Origin: Lama guanicoe
Lineage: Eukaryota
NCBI GenBank assembly: GCA_013239625.1
Contig: MU054194.1
Span: 67,880 to 120,953, forward strand
Reading direction: 5' to 3'
Length of the DNA: 53,074 nucleotides
Positions 22,796 to 35,976 of this stretch are shown here, piece by piece. The translations under genes were made by a program, and so were the position numbers. The stretch's first letter is position 1. Each line of letters starts with the position of its first letter. Below the pieces are notes generated by a model that saw only the letters and a list, made by a program, of their open reading frames with translations, did no database searches and had not been told where the DNA came from.

Positions 22796-25700
22796 CAGGG
22801 GCAGCTTTCCCAAATCACAGATTTGATTACATCACTCCTCCACTGAAACACTTCGGAGGTTCGCTGGTACAGTTCTAGCCCCACCCCCGCCCCTGCCTCT
22901 CATCGCCCAGCCTCACCACAGTACCCAGGTACCCAGTGACCTCAGGGGCCCCCTGACCTGATGCCTAGCTACTTCCCACCTGCCTCCGGGCTCAATTTGA
23001 TTGTTTCTCAAGGAAACCTTCCCTGCCTCCAATCCCCGCACTTTGGTTTAGGTTTCCCTGCTGTGTTCCTAGAACATTCCAAGCTAAATCAACTTCTGAC
23101 TCTGCTAAGCTCGCAAGAAGCAAGTACATTTTGCTTACTACTGTCAGTTCACCCCTCTCCCCTAGACACTTAGAGGTGCGCGTGTTATGAATAAATGAAT
23201 GAAGGGGTGGGTCTCAAAGGGAGAGTCAGACCTGCTCTCACCGGTCCCGACCCCTTCTTTCTGTAGAACATCAGAAACAAAACCAGGAGTACCTCTCCTG
23301 AGGGTCACTTTCTGCAGAAAACTTTCACTGCCTCCTCTGTCAGTTCTAGTAAGAAACAAGCTCCTCCAAAGCCCTCCACCCAAGGCCCTCTCCAGTGTCC
23401 TCCCCAGCAGGGGCACCCTCCACCCAGGACTGCACAGGGCACTCTCCCCGAGTCCCCACCCACAAACCTCCAGGCCTCTGCCCGGGCTGCTCCTGCCACT
23501 TGAGCCACCCTCTTGACCCCTTCTCCTGGCTGATTCTTACTCTGTCCTCACAACTGAATGTAGACTCCATTTCCTCTAGGAAGTCCTCTCTGGTAATGTC
23601 CTTTAGCTCTTGGCTGGGCTCCCTCTACAGCAGCACTGCATAATGACCAGCTGGGTGTTTGTCCACCTGCTCCTTTGAGAACATGAACTCTTGAAGGCCA
23701 CATGGGAATAAGGAGTGAGAGATGATAAGAGGGGTGGGAGAAGCAAAAAGCAAAAATCACAGCCCAAGTCCCAAATTCAAGGAGCCTTTCTCAGAAAAAA
23801 GAATAAACTATTTCATACGTGTGCAATTTGGCTACTATTTTTGTGGCTCGTGGACATCAAGAGCTTGATGTTCTAGTCCAAAAACCAAGTTACATGCAAA
23901 GAAATATATGTACTCATGTCCAAAGGAAACCAGAGATGCTAAACAACAGTTTGCAGTTAGAATCCAAAGGAACTTTGATAAAGGTAATTTCTCTCTGTCT
24001 CCTTTTTTTTTTTTTGGCATCATATAGTTTTAGAAGTATTTGCATGACTAAGATGACTACAGCCCTTGATTCTGCAGTGGAGCATTTGGGACCAAGGAAG
24101 CCCAGATTACATTCACTGTGTAAATGCAATCACACCAACACACTGACAGGTGCCCTGGTGTTGGAGCTGAAGTTCCAAAGCAGACAACCTTAAATTCGAA
24201 GACAGCTCTAAGTAGAAAGTAAGAAATGCAAAGTTCTGTACTCAATTTCATATGCTATTTGGGCCATTAACTGATAGTGCATCTTGCCTAATGAAACCCA
24301 AAAATAAACTGTCAACGTCGATTTTCTCCAACTGATCATTTTATGCTAACATTGGATACCAAATCCTCACTCCATACAGAAATCTCAGGCCTACGCTGCA
24401 GCACAGTTACATCCCGCGGAAGAAAGCCGATCAAGGGAGAACTGGAGAGTTCCCCTTCAGAAGCTGCTAAGTCTGGTTTTGCACCTGTACGTCATTTGCA
24501 ACCACGTCATCGTCAAAGGAGTAAGACCTTACATCTGTGGGGCGTAAAGTACTGCGGTGCTTCCGAAACATCAAAGAACACTGAGCTTTGTGAAACAGTC
24601 CTGAGGCACTTAAATCACGTTTTCTGAAAGGATCCAAAACTGACCCACTTCACCATTCCACGTACAACAGGGAGGTACCAGAATTAGTAGAGAAAACATG
24701 CCCTTGAAGTCTGACAAGGCCCTGGTTGAATCCTGCTACAGCATTTACTAGCCGCTAAACGGACCAATTCCTTAACCCCCCTGAGAAGGCTTGCCAATCT
24801 GCAAAAGGGGGCTGCCACTGCCCACCTGGGAGGCATGGGTTTGAATGCAACATGCAAGTAGGGAAACTGACTGGTACCTGACACGGGGCCTGGCTAGATT
24901 CCCTCCGCTGCCCTTCTCCCCCTTTAAACTTGCACTGTTCCCCCGGTAAGGATCAAGTCCCCGGGACAGAATGCCAGATTCTTTTGTGTATCCCCGGATA
25001 CATGCCTTACCCTTAGGAGGCCAGAAAAAGTACTGCCTCCTCCCTAGTCACTATCCGTGTTCTTAAGAGTTTCGTTTTTTTTAAGACTACTTGGCAGTGA
25101 GAATATTCCAGAACTGTCCAACCACCATTCTCCAGTTTGGCTACCCTCCCAACCCCCATCCCCTCTCACCTCAGATCCTCTGTCTGATCGCCTTTTGTAC
25201 GTGGAAAGCGGAAAGCGGAAAGCGAGTCCGCTGGGGTGGGGGCTCCGCAGGCCTCCCTGCCTCCCTCACAGGTGAGTGTGACTACTTTCTCCCCACTCCC
25301 AACTTCAATTCCAGCTTCTGAGGAGGTGTCCCGCCCAGATCTTGCGGCTTCCGCATCTTCCTGAGATGCACATGTGGCCAAGAACCTCCCTTCTGATTTC
25401 TTCCTGGGCGGCACCGCCCCCCTACCCGGCCCCTTAAGGATAAATGGCATTGCTCTGAAAATCCCAAACGCCGCTGACTGACACACCAAAGCTGCATGGC
25501 CTGGGCTTTCCTCCAGCCCAGGCACAGCCCTGCCCCTCCTCAGCCTCAGTCTGTACATCTAGAGATGAGCTCATCCACATGCAACGCTGTGAACACCAGC
25601 TAAGAATGACGACTCCCAACGTGTAACTCTAGTCTGGCTCCATCACCTAAGCCCCAGGCTCATAGACCAGAGTGCCTCTTTGAATTCATAGCTCGGATGA

Positions 25701-27838
25701 CAAATGGCATCTTAAAATGCCTCATGTCCACCATTTACTATGGAATTCAACCCCTTACAGGTAACTCCCAGGTTCCCATTTTAGCAACAGCCCCAGCACC
25801 CACATAGGTGTTTGAGGTCACATTCAATTTCCCCTGTTCGCTCACCCCAGCCCTGCCCTGGAATCAGTCCTGTTATTTCTGTCACTAAGCTCATCTCAAG
25901 TCTGGTTCTGCAGGGACCATGGCCGTAACCCCACAAGCTCACAGCATGGTGCAGTGAGCCACAGTCCTCGGAAGGGTGCTCCCTGGAGAGGGAGGCATCT
26001 CCTGGCATGGGTCACCTCAGAAGGCACTGGATTCTCACAAAGGAGGCCCAGGAGATGTGACTCAAAGTTCTCCTGTGGTCTGAACTTCGAAGGGCCTGAG
26101 GTCTGGGGGAGCTCCTAATTAGCAGACACACATGCCAGTGAGCAGGTGAGGATGGAGTAACCCAGGCAAGTCTGTTCTCACTCCGACCCCTAGGCTCTCA
26201 GGAGCCACGGGAAAGGCCTGTGTCCAGGGCACAGCCCAGCCATCACAGATCCCAGCCTGCAATTGCCAACTCGGATAGCCTAGACTCCTTCTACTTGTGA
26301 CACTTAACTTCTGTCCTGTTCCCTCCCAGACTGTGATAGACTCTTTCAGAAAGTCTGGCCTGTCTGAAGCGAGACCAAGTCAGTGAAGGATGAAGTGTCC
26401 ACATTTGGACCAGAGCATGAAAGGAGAAACAAGGCCTCATGGCCAGCATGAAGGTGGTGGCCAAACCCTTCCCCCGGGTGAGATGAACCAGCTTGGGGGG
26501 TGAAAATGCAAGGTCCTAGGTCGGTCAGAACATCTACCTTCACGGCTGACTGGGGTGTTGGATTCTCACTACCACAAACTAACGACACGGCCGTCAGTGG
26601 TGGACGTCAGCTGCAACAGACACAGAGTCAGCTATTTACTGCCAAAATGAGTTAAAAGTAAAGGCTGGTGCAGGGAGGCCTGCACGGCTGCTGAGGCAAA
26701 CCACAGACCCAGCTCTGAATGCCCACTGGCTGAAGCAGAGAGGAAGCTACGGTCCCCTTTAGCGGTCCATGTGTCCACCAGTTCCAGATGAGCCAGCTAC
26801 TTAGGAGAAGACCATGTTGTCCTGATACTCAGAGAAACCAGCCTCTTAAAGGGAACTAAAGAGTGGCATGGATTTTAGACCCGCTTCTGCCCCTTTACGA
26901 GGACAAAGTAATGTAAATGGCATGGGGAAGGCAAAAGCAAAAGAAAACCCGGTGACTGCTTCCTCCAACAGCGTCCCCTGCAGCTGCTCACCCCCGAGCC
27001 TGCCACGTCCTCACCAGTGACCGCCGGCCTGGAAGCGCCGTCACGCACGTCACACAGCGGCAGCCAGGAGCCGCGTGCCGAGCACGTTTGTGTAAAAGCC
27101 AGAATCAAGCAAGGTGCTGCAGACTTTGACTTTCCACGTGAAAATACTCATGAAAAACATCCCTCAGAAGCCGCCTAAATCAATTCGCATCTCACCTCCT
27201 CAAAACAAACAAAATTAATAAGGGCTCATTTGTCACCAAATGTAAGGAGGACCAAACATGTTTCTCAAAGCAAGGATTCTACCAGGTATCAAACAGCAGC
27301 AGGTGACATGCTAACAAAGCAAAAATTCCAAAAAATTAGAAAATAAAAACATGACTGAGGTAATACATGAATCAAGGCAACCATTAAGTTCTTGCTTTTT
27401 AAAGCGATGGAGGCAGCATGGAGGGCAATCTCGCTATTTCCAATGCAGGGTGTACACAGACTACATTTTCAGACCCAACAACATGCTCACAGGGAGGTCC
27501 AAGAGAAAACAGAAAAAAGAGAAAGAAAAAGAGGAACAAGCAAATATTAGAAACCCACAGTGCTCCTAGCATCAGTGGCTGTGGCTACTCTATTGGACAG
27601 CAACTCCAGGGGTCCCACCAGGGGTCCTGGCTGAAAAGGGAGAGTAAGTGTCCACACTAACACTAAAAGGATCTACCTGAAACAAAGGCGGATTCACTTT
27701 TAAACGTCTGAAAACTGGCGGGCTGCCCCTCCCTCCCCCCTTGGCTACAAGACAGCCCTCCTCCTTGCCAATCCCTTTCTGGATGTAAGGAAGCAACCCA
27801 GCACACAGCCAGGGCAGCCGGCCTCCAGGTAGGCTTAT

Positions 27839-28409
27839 CTGCTGTCTGTCCAGGCCCACCAAGTCCTCCTTCTCAAACGGGATGCAGGGGAGGGGGATCT
27901 TGTCCCTAGAATTGTTGGGGGCCCCGTCCAGGCTCTTGGACACGAGAAAGATGAAGAGTGACTCGATGATGTCCTCGACCTTCTTCTCCACCACTCTGCA
28001 GTCCTTGTAGGTAGAAGGCCACATCAGTGGGCAGCTGCTTGACCACCTCCCCATGCAGCCCAAAGGCAAAGGGCTGAGGGTCGTAGAGCGTGGTGCCATA
28101 CAGCTTCTCTGCACGTGGAGCTTCTAGAAGGTCTTGTCCAAGAGGCAGTCGGTGATGGTGACAAGGCCCACGATCATTCAGTGGGTCTGGAAGTCACTCC
28201 ACCCATTCTTGGGCCCGTAGTGGTGCCTGTAGTGGATACAGAGTGCCCACTGGGAGCCGCACGGGCTGATCTGGCTCACCGAGGAGATTCACTTATAGAT
28301 GCAAAAGAAATTCTCTTCTGAGACGATCCCCAACAGGTTGGACCACCACGGGGAGATTCTGGTTGTCCTCAGCACACTGCACATAGTAGGGATTCTCATG
28401 TTGCAGGCC
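27839..28409 (-). pseudogene. TRAPPC9: TRAPPC9-like first coding exon, decayed (ATG at 28399)
   Basis: [73 protein letters not shown]; acceptor cag intact; donor reads ataagc (gt>at); stops and frameshifts. Confidence 0.93.
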
Positions 28410-28840
28410 CTGCTGAGAGGGGAGAGGAGACTGAGGTACACACTCTGCTGTGGGCTGCAGGCCCTTCTGGGATGCGGTGACCTGGCGTGTAGCAGCCGTA
28501 AGGCAGGGAAGCCCAAGCAAAGCCAGGGGTACAGTTTGTCCTCAGCGTCTGCACATGGCTACCATAGCTCGGGTCATATTACACAGCTTTTGGTCTAGGC
28601 TTCCAGCCCCTGCAGAAAAGGGTCATTTCTTGTTTACAGTTTCCAACATCTAGCCAGGCCATGATGCAAAGTCAGTGCTCAAAAATGCTGAATAAAGGAA
28701 TGAACGAAGGAACTGCTTTCCCCACCCCCCTTCAGCAGAATATAAAGAAAAGAACCACAGTGGGATCAAAAGATCTGGATTTCAACTCCAATTTACTTGA
28801 ACTCCTAAGCTGCAGAATAATGGATAAGAAAACTTACCTT

Positions 28841-29052
28841 GGGGAGGAGGGTACAGTTCTGTGGCAGAGCCCATGCTTAGCATGTATGAGGTCCTGGGTT
28901 CAATCTCCAGTACTTCTATTAAAAAAAAATGAAACAAATAAATAAACCTAATTATCCCACATCAAATATTAATTATTTTAATTCAAAATTCAGAAAAAGA
29001 CCTTGCAATTGACATAACATTGTAAACTTGATTATACTTAAATTAAAAAAAA
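28841..29052 (+). mobile_element. tRNA-derived SINE (Vic-1-like, camelid type) with A-rich tail
   Basis: ggggaggagggtacagttctgtggcagagc (A box), ggttcaatctcc (B box), aataaacctaatta tail. Confidence 0.7.
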
Positions 29053-31184
29053 ATCCTTGCCTTACAAGACTATATCTGAATTATGGAAGTTTGCAAATGT
29101 ATAATGCCTAGGGTACAATCTGCATAAAAAGTGGGGGACTGTACACATTTAATATCCCTCCTTTATGAGCTATATTTCCTTTGGGGGGTTATAACCTCTC
29201 AGAGCTAAATTTCTCAGATAAAAAAAGAAAATATTACATGATTCTCTGTATTGCTGAAGAATTAGTTAACCCAATGAAAGCATCTGACACACAGAGGTTA
29301 CTCAATAAATGTTTGTTGAATGAATGAATAAACACGCAAGTGAATGCTGCCCCTGTCACAGACCATCACAATGATACTGCCTGGAAATTCTTAGCCCACG
29401 TTCCACCCGACTCTACACTAACCATGTGGGTGACCTGGGCAGGCCTGTGTGCTTCTCTAAACCCCAATTTATTCACGAATAGAAATGGGAGTAGTAACAC
29501 AAACCTCAAAGGGTTAGTGAGTCAATAACAAATTGTACTACAATTTTCCAAGATGGAATCATAAAAGAAAACTGGGCAAAGAGTCCATAGGCTCTCTCCA
29601 TATTATCTCTTACAACTGCATGGGAATCTACCTTACATCTCAAAATAAAAAGTCCAATTTTATTAAAGAGGCTATTGAGATTAAATGAGCTCCCTGTCTT
29701 AAATAAGGAACACACAGTACAAATAGGACAATGCACAGCCCATGAGATACTTAGTAAACTTTCCCACCGAGCCCACCGGTCCCTCCAACTCCAGAGCACA
29801 AGTATGGGTCCTCATGGCCAGAGGCCACTGCACCTGAAGCTAACAAAGCTAATGGTCCCCACTTCCAGGATCCCCTGCCTCCACCCTAGGTCTAATTTTG
29901 TATTTGTAACTTTCTTTTCTTATACTTAAATAGGAATACCCAATTGCAGAGCCTTCAGGTCACCAAAACCTGACCACGGAAATCATGACAGCAGCCCTCC
30001 CCAGTGAAACAATAAAATTAAAAGCCATATCCACAAGAAGTCTGTGTAATTCTAATGGCAGGAACTTCATCCTGGACTGAGAGAAAGAGGACTGGGGAGG
30101 AGGAGGAAACTGGGGCCCCCAGGCCCAGGGGCCACCTGCCCCATGATGGAATTTAGTCTCAACCCACACACTCCAGGAAATTCAAATTACACATAGACAG
30201 AGTGCTATGGACAAGATTTTTTTTTTTTAAAGAAACCCCTGATTCTCTAACAGGTCAGGTTTCTACTGAGAAACAAATGGCTTATGTGTATATTGTTTCA
30301 TGAAAACCTAAAATAATATCACTCCAACTTGACACGTGAAGAAACGGAGGAAAAGAGAGGTTTATCACATTGTGCAAGATTTGAGAGAGGCCACGTCAGA
30401 GGCTGTATTTAAATCCAAGCCCCTGCTCCAGTTCTCACACCAGAAAGTGTGACATACTGCCCCCTTCCTGCCCCCTCCCTGCAATAAATCTCCTAAGTCT
30501 TTTCTGTGCTACCTGGAAAGAACCAAAGTCACATTAACTTTCCACAAAGAGCTGTGTCACCCCTTGGAGGACGTATCAAAATCTGAAGAATTAGGGTTGG
30601 AGCAGAGATTTGAGTTCTCAGTTTCTCAAAAGGAGACATGGGTTTAAAAGAAACCAAAAAGCACTTCTCTAGTCTAAGCCCTCATTGTGCAGAGAAGGAA
30701 ACGGAGGCTCAGAAGAGATGAGGAAAGGGCCTTATTTACAAATCTTGCCTCAGCGCAGCACCAAGCCAGCGCTGGACACTGCTGGGGAAGGACGAGGGAG
30801 GCCCAGGAGAATGAGTGTTAGAAAAAGGAAAGAGAAGAAGCATACAAGCCCTCTCTCTACACCGACGTACCAAGCAGTTCCACCAAATTATCCAGTATGG
30901 GAGCCGCCAACATTAAGGTGGGCTAAACAGGTTATAGAAACCTGGAAGTCTCAACCACAGTGGAAGTTCCAACTTTTATATGGTTTTTCCCAGTTCAAGC
31001 ATGAGCTCAGCGGGAGCTCCGTGCCAGGCACAACACAAGGCATGGAGTTGTCCCAAATACAGATCTCTATGAATACGTGTGCAAACCACATGCAGGCCCA
31101 CCAGAAGAGAAACGCCCACAGGTAAGATGGAATTACTGAAAATGAAGGCAGCTAACCAGCATATATTACTAGCAAAAAGGATGT

Positions 31185-31500
31185 AGCTAGAAATACTCAT
31201 GGACATAGCAAACTGTGGTTAGCAAGTGGGAAAGGGGGAGGGACAGTTTAGGAGTTTAGTATGATCAGATACACATTAGTATATATAAAATAAATAAATG
31301 ACAAGGACCTACTGTATAGCAGAGGGAACTATATTCAATTTCTTGTAATGAGTTGTACTGAAAACAATCTGAAAAATATACATGTACACATGCATATATA
31401 TAACTGAATCTCTGCTGTACACCTGAAACTAACATTGTAAACTGATTACACTTTAATAAAAAATAAGAATTTTAAAAATAAATAAATAAATAAATAAAAG
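31185..31500 (+). mobile_element. 5'-truncated L1 3'UTR with (AAAT)n tail
   Basis: acaaggacctactgtatagcagagggaactatattcaa...tgtacacctgaaactaaca. Confidence 0.8.
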
Positions 31501-32399
31501 AACACTGTAATCCCCTTAGCTGTAGGTGGTGGAGAAAACTGGTTACAAGCACCAAGTCCACTCGATCACTCCAGCAATGGCTGTCACTATTTTTGACCAT
31601 CAGGGAGTCAATTGGCTTCACAGAGGTTACTTTTCTCTTTTGTGAAAAGCTACAGTTGCAACCAATGATATATATATAATCTCATTATTTACAGACCCAA
31701 CAAATTAGTGCAGACTTTCCATAGGCCAGGCTCTGGACAGATGAAAAGAGAGGGTCCCAGATACATTTATGGGTAGAAAGAATTTATGCCACAAATACAT
31801 TAATTCTTCCTGTTCTGATATATAGATTCAATGCAATTCTGATTAGAATTCCTACCAGACATTTTATGGAATGCAACAAGTTAATTTAGGGTCAGGAAAA
31901 GCCAGGAAACTTCTTTAGAACCACCACTGGGGAGGGGTGGATAGATCATTCACTTCCACTGTTCTTTCTGAAGTGATGAAGACGTTCTGGAGTAATAATG
32001 GTTGCACCATTGTGAATATGCTAAAAGCCGCTGAATTGTACCATTTAAATGGGTGGACTTCACAGTGTGTGAACAATATCGCAAAAAAGCTGTTCTACGA
32101 AAAAATATTTCTGGACCACTATTTTTCCCTCTATATTACTAGTCTGCCCCACAATTTAAGAAAAACAAGAAAACAAAACCCAACAAAAATTTGCCAGGAG
32201 ATCTTTAGGACTGCAATGTTCGTGGGTCTCCAAAATGCCTCTGATGTTGCTGCTCCTGTTAACACACACTAGTTGGGCTGGACTAGTTAAGGACTATATC
32301 TTTTTAAAATCGACGGTCACATGTTTCACCCTGGGAGACGGGAGGATGGAGAATGTCACAGCCTCATGCCCTCATCTCTTTTGTTTCGTTTTTGTTTTT

Positions 32400-32690
32400 G
32401 GAGTAGACAAAAGTTTTTACTGCAGGGCCAAACAAGGAGAACAGTGGCTCATGCTCAAAAACCCTGAACTCTCTGATAGTCTTTGAGGTGAATTTTTTTT
32501 TATTAGGGTAAAGTTTTTAATAGGCAAAATGAGGATTGAGGGCTTCCAGGTGTGTGACTTTCTTCTGACTGGTTGGTGGTGGGTAATAGGGCCCTGTTCC
32601 AGGAATCTCGTGCTCAGCCTGAAGTTACCATCCTCCACCTGGGTGGGGGCCTTAGCTCCTGCAGAACAACTCAAACATATTAAGTATAGC
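32400..32690 (-). mobile_element. LTR fragment
   Basis: ggctcatgctcaaaaaccctgaactctctga...tggttggtgg, ERV1-LTR-like. Confidence 0.55.
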
Positions 32691-32869
32691 CCTGCCCCTA
32701 CTCCTCAGCTCATTTTTAAGTGAACCAAGCCCTGCTTTCAACACTGTGATCACGCTCACTATAAACACAGGTGACATCAACAAGCACCACCATCCTAACC
32801 GCAGAAAAAGTATTAAGGGTATTTACCTGGGGCAGAAACACTGAGGGAGGAGAAAGAAGCATGCTCAGC

Positions 32870-33640
32870 GTTGGCGCTTTCTTTTCCCAAGTCTCCGCCA
32901 GGAGAAGCTAGGCTTTACAGCCAGAGGATCTCAGCCCCAGGGAACAGCGTCCACGCCACTGAGCTGGACCTCGGGGACAGGGAAGGAGAGGGGTGCAGTC
33001 TAGGGGTGGCGGGGCAGGGAAAGCGGCGGGGAGCGCGGGCTGCAGCCCCGCTCGGAGGCCAGTCCAAGCCACTGTCCCCGCCCCCTCCCGGCTCCGCAGG
33101 TCCCGCCAGCCCGGGACGCAGCAGTCCCAGGGCCGGGGCGGGGTCTGCGGCCGAGGAGAGGGAGCCCGGGAGGAGGGGGCTCGCAGCGGGAGAGCGGAAG
33201 GGGGCGCCGGCCGCAGACTGAGGGGAGCCCGCCTGGGGCGAGAGGTGGCAGGTGCGGGCCGCGGTATGGACGGGGAAGGCCATGTCCACGGGAGGTGCAT
33301 GCCCGGCCCTGGACAGGTGTGGCCTGGGCGCCAGGGCAGGTGGCGCAGGCACAGGGCGCTGGCGCGAGACCCTCAACTGGATACTCGCTGACTCGAGCCC
33401 TCGCAGGCTGTGACACGCGGACCCCCTTCCCCAGAGCCCCCAACCTTCCACTTACACAGCCGGAGGTCCCGACCCGGGGCAGGAGCCAAAGGCCTACTGG
33501 GCGACAGAGCCGAGCAGCCACTGGGGCTGATCCCTGGCTCGAAGCTGGAGCTTCGGACCCGCGGTCCAGCTGGCATCCAACCGTGGGCATGCGCGGGAGG
33601 GCCAGCGATCCGCTCTGGGCTCTGGGTTCTGCGAGATACA
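32870..33640. promoter_or_regulatory. CpG island / promoter-like region
   Basis: High GC and CpG density, GC boxes; minus-strand donor-like ccag|gtaaat at ~32826. Confidence 0.7.
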
Positions 33641-34286
33641 CTGAGGAATCGAGGGAGGGAGAAGATGGGAAGGGGAGAAGATGGGAGGAGTAGGAGCAGA
33701 AGCAAAAAGTGGAGGGAGAGAGATGGACGTAGGAGGAGCAAGGAGAAGCGAGAGATCTGGAGGGAGAAGGGGGAGGGGAGTAGCAGAGATGAAGAGAAAA
33801 AGCTTTACCTTTAAGGGCACACTGAAGGAGGCGCCAGTCCTGCCTCCATGCCCTTCTCTAGCCCCTCAAGGCCAGAAGCTCAAATTTCACCTCCCTGGTC
33901 ATGCCCTGCAGCCAAGACCCTGCAGAACCCCTACAGGGATCACACCTGTTGCCCCCAAGAGAAGCTGGGCTTCCTGTTGCTCCCGGAACCAAACACCCAC
34001 AGGCGTTGTCGCTTAGAACTACCTTGGGAAGAGTATAAATTCCCCTTTTACAGGCTGGGAAACGGAGGCAGGCATGATCTTTGCCTTAGCTGCATTGTCC
34101 CAGGTGTTGGGCTGGCAGGGAGCGGGAGGTACAAGTTCAGAGACCCAGACAGAGCAGACTGCCCCAGTGTCGGCGCATAGTCCCCATCTCTCCTGGGTAA
34201 ACCACTTTCCACCCTAGTGGAACAATGAAGGGGTCACAGTACGTCCCTTGGTGTGGGAGAGCTGTCCTCAGTACCAGTGCCCAGCT

Positions 34287-34801
34287 TGCTATGTAGATAG
34301 GAGAGTTCTCGAGTCTAAACTCATTCTCCTCAATGCAGGACAGGCCAATAGATCAGGAGACCAGGTGTTGGGGCATGGAATAGCAAGTTTCTGTAGACCT
34401 AGATGGCAAACTAATGTCCTGGAAAACCATCTCCCCAAGTCAGAATTCAGGCTCCTTTCCTACTTGCTTTGTTGTTGCAAACTTCTTGGTGTAGGAATTT
34501 TTTGTTGTTAGAATTCTTTGTTCTTGCAGCTATCCACCTGGGTCAGATCCCTGTAAACCTCCAACAAAACAAATGTTATTTTCTATTCTGCAACTTGTTA
34601 TCTTTATATGAATGGAAAAAATGTTAATATCCTTAAAGGTCAGAGCCTTCAGAATAGGCTCTCCTGTCTATTTCAGGCTCTAGGCAACATTGTTTTACAG
34701 AAGGTGCAGAACCAGCAAGACTAAGCCTAGGAAACAGAGCACAGGGTTAAAGTCAAAGGAACAGATCTAATACAGAGTCTGATTTGTTCTTCGCTATTAT
34801 A
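34287..34801 (-). mobile_element. Solo LTR (ERV1 class)
   Basis: Reverse complement of its end matches the start of the LTR at 35463 (gaacaaatc.gactc...ctttgactttaaccctgtgctctgtttcc). Confidence 0.75.
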
Positions 34802-35462
34802 GAGGCAGAAGCCACTTGAGGATTTAAATCCTTTTAGGTTAAAAATAAGTAAAACTTCAAAGGAATTTACATACATATGTTGAAATGTGCATAAAATATT
34901 TGGAAAAGCTCACAAAAGATTGTAAACAGTGGCATCTCCAGGGAGGGCTGAGAGAACAAAGGATGAGAGAAACCCTTCCCTTGTGTATTTTTGTGCTGTT
35001 TGATTGTTTTTTTTTTTTTGCCATATGCATGGGTTTCTTTTTCAGTTAAAAAAAAGTGTAATGGAGGGAAGGAGTAACAAGCGCAGCAAGTACAGCAGCC
35101 ATGGAAAACTGAGCCGTCACTTTTGCTTTAAGCCAGGAAGCATTTATTTACTCTCTCCTATGTGCCCAGTGCTGTTTTATGACTTCACTTATTATGTATA
35201 TTTTTTATAAAATAATAACATGCTATCCCTGACCCCTGCCCAGGGGAGCTGGTGGAAAACATATTGAGTTTTTATTGAGTTGTTTTCCAAGGAGTATAAA
35301 TGAGTTATAAACAGAACACATCTTCAGGGCAAACAAGGTGGAATGGATTTCCAGCAGGCCAGACAGCTAGGAAGGGTTTTCAACAGAGATTCCCAGAGGC
35401 AGAGGGAGAAACCCTCCAGGGCCCCACAAAATCTGCCCAAAGTGGTTTCTCCATGGCACTAT

Positions 35463-35976
35463 TGTAATAGGAAAGAACAAATCTGACTCCATATTACATC
35501 TTTTTCTTTGACTTTAACCCTGTGCTCTGTTTCCGAGGCTTAGTCTTGTTGGTTCTGCACCTTTTATAAAGCAATGTTGCCTAGAGCCTGAAATATACAG
35601 GAGAACCTATTCTCAAGGCTTTGACCTTTAGGGATATTAACACTTTTCCATTCTTATAAAGATAACATGTTGCAGAACAGAAAGTAACATTTGTTTTGTT
35701 GGAGGTTTACAGGGATTTGACCCAGGTGGACAGCTGCAACAACAAAGTATTCCTACACCAAGATGTTTGCAACAACCAAGCACACCCCCTTCCCCTTTTT
35801 AATATAAAAGGAGCCTGAATTGTGACTAGGAAAGATGGTTCTCCAGGACAATTACTCTGCCATCTCCTCAGTCAGATGGCTTTCCAATTAAAGACGCTTT
35901 TTCTTGCCACAAAACTTGGTCTTCCAATTTATCGGCCTGTCCTGCAGTGAGCAGAATGAGTTTGGACTCAGTAACA
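35463..35976 (+). mobile_element. Solo LTR, related family
   Basis: tgtaatagg...gtaaca, tataaaa ~35803, attaaa ~35887. Confidence 0.8.

Noticed and set aside
25203..25223. Interferon-stimulated response element
   Set aside because: GAAA cores are spaced by 3 nt rather than the canonical 2; no supporting context.
27590..28520. Functional TRAPPC9 gene or processed pseudogene
   Set aside because: Stops, frameshifts and splice mutations rule out function; homology stops at exon ends with intron context, which rules out a retrocopy.
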